A DNA stretch of 57,438 nt, the filler included, from Platydemus manokwari (lineage: Eukaryota), in the NCBI GenBank assembly GCA_037951405.1. It is 5 parts of 5 records of this genome, joined end to end, with 100 filler letters (N's around TTAATTAATTAA, not from the genome) between each part and the next. Parts side by side here need not be neighbours in the genome. Positions count along the whole stretch, not along the records: positions 1 to 9,421 come from JBBMOY011251541.1; positions 9,522 to 20,725 come from JBBMOY010837756.1; 3 more parts are not named here. One strand, written 5' to 3'. A program made the translations under genes and the position numbers. The notes beneath the pieces were generated by a model. It saw only the letters and a program-made list of their open reading frames with translations. It was not told where the DNA came from and made no database searches. Below, one piece after another: positions 1-12,164 of the stretch. Within the stretch, counting starts at the first letter, position 1. Each line of letters begins with the position of its first letter.

Positions 1-725
1 TATATACATACATAATATTTCGGAGATGGAATAAACGCCTATTTTTGATCTAGAGTTTGAGTTTAACTCATAAGAATTAAATTTAAGCTCTCATAAATAT
101 ATCGAAATCATTGTAGAACATTGGACTCATGAATCAACAAAAAGTTATTGAGACGGTGTCAATTCATTTTGTTAAAATAATCAATGGCAGTATTCTCGAT
201 CAAGATCCTCTTGTTTAAGATTCCTTGATGATGAGCGGAAATTTTCATTTTGTTTGAGACTGTTTGGTTCCAAATGGCTTTTCTGTAAATAGCATGAAGA
301 TTACCACAGTAATAATATTATTGAAATTAATTTACCATTGGACCTAAACTTTAAGATTATCATTTTCATTCTGAGTATTTTATCTGTCTATTCTTTTGTT
401 AATATTATGTTATCGTGTTTGAATATACTTATTGGCTTTAGATAAATTATAATTTTAAATTTTCATTAACTTCTTGACGAATATCAATCTATGATTTGCC
501 TTAAATAAAAGGGTTAAAGTATAATGAGAAGACAAAAATGTAATTATAAAACACTTTTTAAATTTAGAAGAATAAACTTTTAATGTATCCAAACACTGTT
601 CAATAAGTTACCCGACGGTGAAACTAGATCGAAAAATCTAATCTTACAGAACACTTATATAATATTCTTAAAAGTATATTCGGACATTTACATTTATTAT
701 TGATTAATATTATCTATGAGAATAT

Positions 726-995
726 CATATTGAATTCAATTTGAATTAATATAGAATTTAATTTATATTGAATTGAGTTTTGTATTGAATTTAATGTTGT
801 ATTGAATTTGATTTTAAATTGAATTTAATTTTATATTGAATTTAAATGTTTATTGAATTTAAATTTATATTGAATTTAATTTGGTATTACATTTTCTTTA
901 TTTGTTTAAATAATTGTCTTTGAAATAGAATTGAATGTCGAGTCTTTTCAGTTCGTTTTCGATGCGTTTTTTTATGAAATAGTAGCGGCTTACAT
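726..995. repeat. About 19-bp AT minisatellite plus a repeat tail also present twice at 39938-40073 and 40377-40485
   Basis: About 8 imperfect TTGAATTTAATTTTATA units; the tail TTTTCAG...TAGCGGCTTA is shared with the two direct repeats near 40 kb. Confidence 0.55.
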
Positions 996-1595
996 TATTA
1001 ATATTTTCCTCCATAAAAAAATCATAAACAGTTTAATAATAAATTCTTCATCATTTGGTTCCTGGAAAAATATATTTAAATTCTTGTACACATTCTCTAT
1101 TATCTGACATTAACAATTTATTGTCAGATGTCATTTTGTTTTAATTAATACATTCATTTATTAAAACAGTAAACATTAATTATGGACATCTTAGGGCTTA
1201 AATCAACTACTGAGTAAAGTACCATTAGGATAATTCAAGAATGTTTTTGATACGAATAAGTTGAGGGTTTGGAATCGGTTTATCTGTAAAAATCTTATTT
1301 GAATTTTCTATCATTTTGATGCCACATCCAATCAAAATGAAGTAGAATAACCTTTTAATATCAATGATATACAAATTCAATATTGAAATATTCAGATTAA
1401 GTTTCTATTATCTCAGTTACACTATTTTTCGATTGATTCATAACAACAATAACAAATCCGTCAACTGTTACAGTTTTAATAATAAGAATAGTAAAATCTG
1501 TTCATATCAATTCGACGAAAATAGATTTTAAATTATAAATAAGGATGGAAAAATTTTTTGGGTTTATGATGATATTTTCATGTTTTGTTTTTTCC

Positions 1596-2275
1596 TACGT
1601 TTCATACAAGAAATAAGAATTTGTTGAGCTGAAAAAATTCATTTCATCGAAAGATTGTTTTAATAAAAACAAATGAAGGCATGATTGTTTTTTATTGTAA
1701 TTCAGAAGTTATTACTCCCTTTTTTCTGCGAGAAAATTTTTATCATTTAAATTTTTTCAGATATTTTTTATATTTATTAGGTTATGTGATATATATTATC
1801 ATATTGAATTTGATTGATTTGAATGATCCAGCTGGTTACATTTTAATTAAAATTCCTTTTTCAATCCTACGATTTCAATCGAAGAAACCCACAGAAATTT
1901 TGCTCGAGTCACTTAATAAGTGTATCAAAATTCGTGATTTTGGTTAATGATTTGAAATAGATCTATATCTCAATATTTACTCTTCAACACCGCGTATTTG
2001 ATTTACTTATCTGCATTCAATTTCAAAAAATATTTTCTCAGCAGTTCATGATGAAAATTGGAATTGGTTATTTGCATCAAACTTCATATAAAGTTAATTA
2101 ATTAATAAATTTCAAATTTTTCAGCAAAATGATTTGTAAATTATAAATAAAATGTCTGTGCTTTATTTCAGTCGATTCCTATGTTGAGACAATTGTACAG
2201 AGATTGATATTATTTTAATCTCTAAAATATCAACAAATGATCAATGTACTTTTAGACCTAATTCAAATAATCGTA
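1596..2275 (+). pseudogene. Decayed protein kinase relic
   Basis: FIQEIRI (alphaC-like), KKPTEILLESLNKCIKIRDFG* (DFG at 1936-1944) and a later TFRP. Confidence 0.4.
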
Positions 2276-5034
2276 AAGTGCAAAACATTGTCATTTGATA
2301 TTTGGGTGCTGAATGAAATAAAAATGAAACATTTTTTCTTTCATCTTTTTAAAATTTAATTTTAAGATTATATTTAAAGTTAATCAACGCATAAATACAT
2401 AAATTTATCATTAAAATGAATTTACTTAATTTGTTAATAAAACTGAAATATATCAGAATTTTTGTTGTTTAAATAATCGAAATCAAAGCTTAAAATTTGA
2501 ATCAAAGTTTATTACAGTTGAAATTTAAAATGTTAATAGTTACTATAATAAAATTTAAAATTCAAGTTAATGAACAATAAAGCATATTATAAAATATCAA
2601 GCACATCGAAATTTAATTTATAAAACTTTTTCTGTAATTAATGTAGTCAATAATAGTGAACTCAATATTATGAGATCATTGGAAAAACGTTGGTAATAAT
2701 AATTCAGAATTAATAGTATAGGTGACCCTCTAAGTACTTGACAATATGAATAATTATTTTTAATATTAATATTTACCTTGAATAACATCTTTGCTTATCT
2801 CTAGAAATACTGGCCTTAAGGTTTATTATTACAATTTTTATATATGTCCAAGGTAGAAGTACGAAAGAGTAAATAAATGCGATGTATCTAATTAATTTTA
2901 TTCTCATAAGTTATTTCAAGAGTTACTTCATAGCAGATTATATTAAAAATGTATTTCTTAAATGTTGTTTTTAACGAGGCAATTGATTATGTCACAGATT
3001 CGTAGTCGCGACTATTTGTCGAAAAATTTTATTTTGCGGACTTAATTCACATGTTTATGTTTGGCTTTCCAACCATGGTAATCAACCAACTAAAACTTAG
3101 GAACTATCTTAGCAATATAATGTTATAATTGCAATAAGATTCTCATTTATCGTAATTTTTTGAAACAGGAACTGTCTAAATTAATTATCAGCTAATGAAA
3201 ATGTAGTTCTCAATGATAAATATAATTAAGTATGAACCACGCATATCTAACAAAGCTCCTTTTATTCTATATTTAACTCTTTACTCAAATTATGGAGCAA
3301 TAGTAAAAAAAAATAAAATTCAATTAACACCTGTTCGTAATATCGATATAATCAGTCTCTAATAATCTGTATAATGGAATTGAAAACCTCGAAAAAACAA
3401 CTCTAATAATAGATTCTCTGCTGGTTATCGGACGAAAAATTTTATATTTGTCGATTCTTATCTGGGTGAGTGCGTGTTGGGTTGTCTTGTTTGTTCTCGA
3501 TTTGCAGTACTATTTATTATCCCATATCATTCAAAATCATAATTTTCTTTCAAATATGGATTTCTAATGTCAATTGTATTACCTTGGGATAAAAGAAATT
3601 TTCAATGCAAATATTTTCTTTTTTAAATTCATTAAATCTCTTAAAAGTGCTGTCATTTGAATTAATTTGTTGAGATCACTGTGAGATCAATATGCATTAT
3701 GCTGTTTTGATTAAGAAAATCACCGTGAATCAATGTAATGAATATGATGTAGTAGTTCCATAAATTTGATAGTGATGTGGTGTGGGATTAGAGTCCATTT
3801 GTTTTGAACATCGTTTCATATGAATAAGTTTGAGAGTCAAAAACTAAAAAACTGAGTGAAATCATAACTTTACGACTGCCTCGTGTAGTAGGATCGAAAT
3901 TAGGTAATGAAATCTATTTATAGGTGAAATTTTTGAATACCGTTTTCCCGTCAAAAATCCCAAATGAAATTCATAACAATTGAGAAAACGATATTAAATA
4001 TTTCACAAAACGAATTCATAATTATTTTAAGGATAATAAACGCAAGAAATTGTAGGATATTCTATGGTAAATGGTAAATGGATTTTCATAATAGTGATTT
4101 TAATCTAGTTCTGATATCAAATGAGTTTAATGTTTGCTTGGTTCAAAGATATGTTAAAAATATAGAGACCCAACAATACTACCCGATTAATATATTAGGC
4201 CTATTTTTTGTTTGGAGGAACCGTTGATTCTATGTAGAACAATGGGACGAGAATCATTCATTGAATCATTTTACTATAGAATTCCTTGTTACTAAATTCA
4301 TATCTGGTTTATGATTGAGACAGATGATATTACATCACGGGAAGAAACGATAGCCGTATCCATGTCATATAATGAAAAATAATAAAATAATAAAATAATA
4401 AAATAATAAAAATAATAAAATAATATGTAAAATTAGAGATTTAGAAATATTTCTCAATTTTTACATAATAAATTAACACATATTTTACCATAAATTTTGC
4501 TAATGATTTTTTTATAATCACCAATCAAAAAATCAATTAATTAAATACTTAAATTTTTGCAACACAATCGATAATTTGCTTCCAACGAATCGGTAATGCT
4601 TGTTTTTGTATTTCAAATTCCCACTTCTCTCGTCGATTATTTCTTTCATTACCCAGTGATGATTTAATTTGAATATGATTTGTAGATTTATTTTCTTGAC
4701 ATTTTCTTTACAACAGTCACGATTATTTTTTCTGAGTTTTTTTCACTTCATTAAAACAACTGACTCGATCGATGTATTTAGGAAAAATAAAATAATTACC
4801 TTGATATCAGTGCTTTATTGAATTGAATATTGATTTATGCAAAAAGAATTTTACATTGTAACCATTTTTAGAAATTTGGTAATGTTTTATCAAGGACTGC
4901 TGAGCTGGACTAAAATAGATTTGGCTCTGAATCGATTCGGTTTAATTTTTTAGGAGATGAATTCGGCTTTTCATTAAACAGATCAACCTTGTAACATATA
5001 GTGATGAATTAAAAAAAATAAAATATTACAATTA

Positions 5035-6129
5035 AAAAGTTAAAAAATAGTCCTAAAATAAAATTTTTAATTTGAAGAATGTATTGCAAAAATCAGTATA
5101 GCTTATTTAATCAATACTTTAAAAACACTTTGAATTATTTATTTAAGTATATGAGAAGAATTATAATTGTTTATAATCAAATATTATATACACAGGAATT
5201 TGAAAATCTGCTAAAAATTAATTAGTTAAAAAATGGGTCAAAGTAGGTCAAAGTGCAATTAGAAGCAAATAGAACGATATCTAAGATTTTTAGAATTGTT
5301 TAAAAAAATATTGATTTGGAAATCATTGATGAATGCCAGAAACTAAATACTTGTGTTTTATCTCAAAATAAATATGTTAATATCCATTTAATAGATTGGA
5401 TAAACAGATCCGAAACCTGTCGATGCTGTAATGAAATGAAGATTTTATTCAAATAAAATAAATCGTATAAATGGAGATGCAGCAAATATTTAAGATGGAC
5501 TTGGTTGAAGAATTCGGCCTTATTCCTTTTCGACATTATGAATAAGGTACACGGGACTCACACAAAAAATGTATAAGCAAAATGATCTCCAACAATCAGT
5601 AAATATTGACAATTTTTATTAAAATAAAAATTAGAATTTAAAATTATTTATAAAGGTACAAAATTTGTAGATTTCACGCCTATGAAGAAATAGTTTGGCA
5701 TAGAAAAATAATTGGGGACCGAAATATCGTCGTAGAAATTGATGAGACCCATTTCGTAGGGGTCAAATATAACATCGTACGTCGAAGACAGGATATGTGA
5801 GTTGTTAAAAGACTGGAGAGATATAGTAAGAAAGAAAAACTTCTTATTACTTGAACGCAATTGACTCTAAAAGTAAAAAATCCAAGTTAAACATAAATTT
5901 TATATTTGAAATGATACTTTTATTTAAATGTAGGTTTTACGAAAACATGCTACATAATATGTAGGGATTATTGGAGTTGTTTTTTCTTTCTATTCATTTA
6001 AAACTAAAATTGAATTTTACGTAAAAATTTCATTAAAATATTATTACAAATGAATTTTAATATCAAATAACTCACGAAAAATCATTACATTAAAATTGGG
6101 TCAAAGGATCCTTTTTCTAAACTTAAGCC
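5035..6129 (+). mobile_element. Merlin (IS1016/ISXO2-like) DNA transposon, decayed and internally deleted
   Basis: Frame from 5657 reads YKICRFHAYEEIVWHRKIIGDRNIVVEIDETHFVGVKYN, matching the Merlin motif IGGxxxxVEIDES..KYN. 3' terminus GGATCCTTTTTCTAAACTTAAGCC. Homologous in inverted orientation to 44820-45914. Confidence 0.75.
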
Positions 6130-6206
6130 CTCTAATAATTTGAATGAAAACATTTGAATAAATTTAATCAATAAATAAATCATTATAATTATATTACAAA
6201 ACAAAA

Positions 6207-6665
6207 ATCTCCTACCTGGTCTTTGCAGACGACCTCGCACTGATCGTAAAAACTAGTGAAAGCCTCTAATCAATGGTTAATGATGCATCAACATTTGCAC
6301 AATTAATATTCTTCCGGATATCTGCACAACACGAAAACCGGCTCCATCCTGAGTAATGTCTACCTTGACGGGCAAAGGATATCCCCCATTGAACCGGAAG
6401 ATCTCTATCGATATCTAAGAGTTAAATTTTCCTCAAAGTTACCCAACTCCACCGAGGCTCTTTTTATTGATATCGTATAGAACATGGAAAAGCTTTAAGA
6501 ATCAATACTCTTAAGGTGGCAAAAAACTAAAGACCTTTAGGTTGTTTATACACACCAAAGCAACCTTCTTCCTACGGAACTATTACATAACATTTATCAG
6601 ACCATTCGAATTCGAAGTGATCGTGCGCAAAAATCTGAAAACAGTGTTGGGTGTTCCTAAGTTAA
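6207..6665 (+). mobile_element. Non-LTR retrotransposon RT remnant (R2/NeSL/Utopia-like)
   Basis: ISYLVFADDLAL (FADD at 6222-6233), then LDGQRISPIEPEDLYRYLRV and S..LRWQK; contains stops and frameshifts. Confidence 0.7.
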
Positions 6666-8369
6666 CTTCCTAATTAACTTGAGAAATTATTTAGAATTTA
6701 ATTTAATTTTATATTTACAATAAAGAACTTGTTATTTGGTTTGAGTCTAATAAATTTTTTCAATTTTCATTTTTCTGGGTTTCAAGCCGTGTTAAAAACA
6801 CATATTCGAACTCTTTTAAATTCTGATCCAGTGGCTTTTTGTTTGAAAAATCTTCTCATCTTTCCAATCTTTTGACTTTAAATAAAAAAAACCTTTATGG
6901 CGTAACGCAAGAAAATTTGAAAATATTAAGTCTAATGTGTTTAAAAAATCAATTGTTCATCTTCTATCAAGCTTGTCAACGCTTCCAAATACGTTTTTTT
7001 CAAATAAAACAGAAAATAATAAATGATGATCAATAACTAGAATAAAGATAATAGTTATGGTAAATAATTATTATAAATTTATTAATAAATTTATTAATAA
7101 ACTCAATGAATACTCTCATCGCAAAATTATAGATTTATATCATGATGATTTTTTCACCGAAACCTTAACTATAAATAAATTAATGTAACTGGTACGTTTG
7201 ATTTATAAATTAAAAAATAAGGTTTCAACCGAATAAATTAATATTTATTTTCTGTGATAATTTCAGTTTTCGCTTGGATGATTGGTAGAAACATTATTTA
7301 TTTTGTTATGTTTATAACTTGGGTTTTTGTTGATTAATATTGATTTGAAAATTATTCACCGATTTTAGACTTGGAAAGTGTACGTATTTCGGAGAATAAT
7401 TTTATATTATAAATACCTTTCGTCGATTAGAGACGAAATTTCACAAAAGAAACACGATTTTACACATTGGAGCTCTCATTTTAGCAGTTTGAGAATTTGC
7501 ATGCCTATACAGCCATACCGGCATAGCAACCAATCAATCACAGCTGACTTAAATTGAAATTTATAATTCGGAAAAGGGATATGGACACACAGTGACTCCC
7601 AAACAGGGATTGACCAATCAATAAATTCAATTGAAACTTGAGAAATAAAAGATCAAATCAAAATGTGATACAAACTTGATAAAAAACTAATCCACGAATC
7701 TTAAGTATAGATACTGATGTTAAGGTGCCCAACTGTCAAGTTTGGTGTCATTGTTATTATTGATTATGAACTGATTTGCTGATTTTAGAGTCATTTTAAG
7801 TACCCACTGGTTAGTAAGGTGTTGAGAAATACAAATTGTAAGTTTAGTTTCTTTTGAAACACAATAGGTAGGAAACATTATAGATAGGAAAGAAATGCTA
7901 GTCAAACGAGATTATGATCATGTGAAAAGTGCTATTCATCTAGTAATTAATTAAATAATTAATTGAATGACTAGAATCACTAAATCCAGTGATACTAACA
8001 AACATCTGACATAATGAAAATTATTAATTACTATTATGACCATTACTATAATCATTGATCGAGTTCTAATGAGCCCTAAACAATGACATGAAAGAAAAAG
8101 TATAATAATATAATTTTGTAGACTTGCTAATAAGGCCTCAAATTTTAAATAAATATTAAAATTTTAATCACCATAGAAAGAGAGATCAAATAAATTACAA
8201 ATTCCAATATTTGAGTTGCTGGATTCTGGTATCGGTATTAGATCTAAATTATTGAATTTGCTCATTGTTCTAGGTAGTAATCAATTAATATTATTTCATT
8301 ACAAAATATCCTTAAGTTGCTGTCTCGATTGATATTTGTTCACAGTACATTAGTCGATAAATAAGAGGT

Positions 8370-8470
8370 TCTGCCAAATACCAAGGGGCAAAATCTTTGT
8401 AAAAAACAATCGGTAGGCAATGTCCCATAGCAACTCCGAGTTTAGATCGAAAAAAGGAATATTTAACTTT
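8370..8470 (-). mobile_element. Possible Penelope-like RT fragment
   Basis: FFRSKLGVAMGHCL resembles the PLE RT motif YxQxxGxAMGSPL; single short motif only. Confidence 0.3.
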
Positions 8471-9421
8471 GAATTTTATTAATGTCAATATGTTACTGAA
8501 TTTTGTAAATATAATTATACAATAATAATAATAAATTATAATATTAATCATCATTAAGTTGTTATTATTAAAGAATCTATAATTTAAGAATTATGTTATC
8601 GCGCACAGTACAACCATAGCCTAATTAATTTTAAATTCATACATGTTAATTATTCTCTATATCTTCAAAATTAATGATTTTTCTCAATAGTAAAGCTTGA
8701 AGTATTTCGATGTGGAATATAGATTTTCTATTAAGAATCATTAAAGCTTTCAATTTTAAAGATGATCACGATTTCCAAAGAAATTTTATTGACATTGGGA
8801 ATTGTATCTTTATCAAAATAATAATAAGAGTAGATAATAATAATTCATTTGAGGTTTTAGTACCTGTCATAATTTGTCTCTCCACAAACACCATCATTAT
8901 ATCGGCAGAAAATGATGAAGGACTAAAGGCTCCTGGAAATGAAAAATTTAGAAAAAGACAAATAATTCGAAATCCGGAATTATTGTACTGCTGCTATATT
9001 TACTAATAGGCAAAGAAAAATCCAATACTCCTAACAAGCAATAAATTACGAAGCATTTTTTATATACAGCTGGAGCTCACAAACTCAATTTAGCTACTTG
9101 TTAAAAATCCTTTGTTGTGATTTTGATTGATTATCGAAGCTCAATGAGATAATATCCATACTGATAAAAATAACGATGCTGTTCAGTGATCATTTAAAGA
9201 AATGAAACTGGATTGTTTTCAACCGACAATCGGAATATGTATAAAAAGTACTTCAACTACATGCTTTGTGAGCATTAATTTTAATTAAATGATAATAATT
9301 TAAAAATTTCAAAATAATTTGTATTGTATTAAGTGTTCTAATTACAATCAAAAGGCGTATATAACTGTTCCCGCAAACAGAAATATCAATAGGAGTTTGA
9401 TATGTGCAATAACCAGCAGAG

Positions 9422-9521
9422 NNNNNNNNNNNNNNNNNNNNNNNNNNNNNNNNNNNNNNNNNNNNTTAATTAATTAANNNNNNNNNNNNNNNNNNNNNNN
9501 NNNNNNNNNNNNNNNNNNNNN
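9422..9521. other. Artificial contig spacer
   Basis: N44-TTAATTAATTAA-N44. Confidence 0.97.
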
Positions 9522-9778
9522 TGTATTTTATTAATACTACTTCGATTATTCTATAATTTATGAGAACTACGAACTTTCTGAGATAAAAACGAGTGATTAC
9601 AGCCCCTGTGTCCTTTTATACAAATTTTAATATTAAGATTATATTTACTTTTTATTATTATTAATCCTGGGTTCTAATCACCTGTGTAGTAATGATGTGA
9701 ATAACTAATACAACATATAACCATGTATTCCAGGATAATTTGGAATCAAACAACAATAATCCTTCAGAAATTGTCGAA

Positions 9779-10909
9779 ATGACAACTGATCAATACGATG
9801 AACAAGTATATTTTCAGATAAGCTTTATTTGATCATTGATCCGAAACAGGTAATGATTCAAAATATGTTCTATCTGTTGGCATTAAAACACGATGAGTAT
9901 AGTGCAGGATTACTTATCCATTGTAGCTTTGGACATATGAAACCACTTGACCGAGTTCCTTCATTTACTCATCAAGATTCTATTAGAGATAATTCAATAG
10001 TCATAGAAAAGATTGAAGCGTGGTATCTTTGGAAATTTCCAATTGAGAAGCGAATAAAAATGCATAAACGAGGCGAATTGAATATCATGAAAGAATTAAA
10101 TATCGGCCAAGGATGCTTTTTCCGGTCTGATTCTAAACGATTGAATCCTTATGAAATTATTGCGAAATCTTCATCAGATTATTGTATAAAGTTTGATTTA
10201 CGCTCAAAAGTTTATTTTAATGATTTCTATATCAATCTTGACACCTGTTTCTGCAGAGAAAATCCTCCGTAATTAGAAAAGGAGTGGACGCATCTGAGAT
10301 TAAATTGACCAAGGTAAATATTTCAAATATTCGATTACTTTCTTAATAATATTATTGTATTATTGTATTATTATTATTTATTTATTATTTATTATAACCA
10401 TATTATTATTTTTTATCATAATTATTAATATAATCAATATATAAAAATATAAGTGAAATTTGACCAATCAAATTGATTATTTATAATCTCTATTTGGTCA
10501 TTATTTTCGGTAATATTTATTAATCCTGTGATATCCAAATTTGACAAAAAATATTTAATTAAAACGAAACAAATTATGCTTGTACAAGAATATTCAAATT
10601 TCAAGATAATAATACAATTGATGAATACATTACAATCAGAAGTTCAATCAAAAGCTACAATTATTTATTTATATTTGCCATTTTGTGACTAGATTTTCTT
10701 ATGTAGGGTTTTTGGAAATCTGCATCCAATAAGAGTCTGTTATATTTAATTGATTTAATAAATTATCTGTTTTTTATAGATCAGGTTGTCAAGAAGAATG
10801 GCAAGAATGATTTATAAATTATATTATTCGAGTTTTTAATTCAAAATTTGTTATTTAGATAAAGTCGGAAACATGTCCTTAGATCCGGGATTTACTAAAT
10901 ATGATCCAA
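9779..10909 (+). CDS. Probable 5' exons of the CAP-Gly/ANK/RING gene (CYLD N-terminus-like)
   Basis: Candidate exons 9779-9805, 9850-10209, 10257-10313, 10707-10734, 10780-10800 (GC donor) and 10859-10909 keep frame and end in phase 1, matching the exon at 12165 (total 966 codons). The peptide FYLL...IVIEKIEAWYLWKFPIEKRIKMHKRGELNIMKELNIGQGCFF resembles the CYLD region before CAP-Gly1 (recalled, not aligned). The true start and the exon-like stretches at 10960-11740 are unresolved. Confidence 0.5.
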
Positions 10910-11130
10910 GTACAATTTTTTGTCTAATAATAATAATTTGATGTACTTCGATTTTGAAGTGCAATGATTGACTTTCCTGAGGTTATCAGATCATTTAAAA
11001 AAAATTTCGATAAAAGTACTCGACAATTATTATCAATACTGTCGAAACCAAAATCCGATTACAACAAGCACTCAACAGTACGCTTAAGTTATAATAAAAT
11101 TAATTAAAATTATAAAATCATGAATTAGAG

Positions 11131-11365
11131 CAAGAGTGCGCAAACTAGGGGCGCGAAACATTATTTTGGGGCGTCTAAAATTTGATAAAATTATTAATTA
11201 ATAAAAAAGCATCATTTTAATTATATGTTGCTATGAAGAAGATATTTATTTCATTTAAATAGTACATCATATGGGAGTTATGACCTATTACGAGGCCCAT
11301 TTTTAGCGGCGTCAGTAGCTAATATAATAAAAATGGGGCCCAAATTAAAAGTTTGCGCAGCCCCG
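11131..11365. mobile_element. hAT-type MITE (235 bp) upstream of the first CAP-Gly exon
   Basis: 16-bp imperfect TIRs CAAGAGTGCGCAAACT / AGTTTGCGCAGCCCCG; flanks AATTAGAG and GATTAAAG match at 6/8 as a TSD. Confidence 0.7.
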
Positions 11366-12164
11366 GATTAAAGGTTTTATTTTATATTAAAGAGAAAAAA
11401 GACAATAACATAGACTTGTTCATAGACGAAATATTTGAATATTGCTCGATGAAATCGATTACTTTCATTACAAATCACTTAGTTAATCCACGTAGCAAAT
11501 TGAATCCGGTTTTTATTCGGATGACATTTTATGATCAAATATATTTCTATTCTCAATTCAATTCGTTCAAATATTTTAATAGCCTTTTCCAATCGATAAG
11601 TGGGTTTAGATTCTTTTTATTTTATTTAATTCTTATGGATGCTTAATAAAGATTTGACGCTTGGAAAAATTTGTTTCGCAATTTGTTCCTGTTGTTACAA
11701 TGAACTAATTTAGATTGCAAAACATCTATGTCATTTAAGTATTATTTTTCACATGTTAGTCACGTGTGACAATTGGTCACTTGATCGCAATGATTATTGA
11801 ACATGTTTAAGTCGTTTGTTTTGTTTTTGAAAACTGAAATATTCGGGGTTCATTTTATAATTTGGAGATGATAAATAAAACTAATTTTTAAATAATGTAA
11901 TTATTCCGATCATTATCATGCTTAAATTTAAGAATTTAATATGCTTATTATATTGTGAAATAAAAATTCCTTCAAAAATTAACAACAAACATTTAGCTTA
12001 TTCAAAATAAAATATTATAATTTGTGAATTTTTTTCAATACTTTTATCATTTCTGAAATTGTTTTTTAAAATGTAAATTTTTATTTTAATTTATTTCTTT
12101 ATTAATATTAAAATTATTATATTATTAATTATAGTTATTTAATTAAAATTTTAAATCACCTCAG

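Noticed and set aside
726-885. CRISPR-like periodicity
   Set aside because: A degenerate AT minisatellite without unique spacers, in a eukaryotic context.
4540-4990. Exon-like minus-strand segments
   Set aside because: In-frame stops and no identifiable family.
8710-9270. 98-aa ORF and a small exon-like segment as the first exons of the CAP-Gly gene
   Set aside because: They lie on a different contig across a spacer, so linkage cannot be supported.
9466-9477. Palindromic TTAATTAATTAA recurring four times as a biological motif
   Set aside because: It is always centred in N44 runs, so it is an artificial linker.
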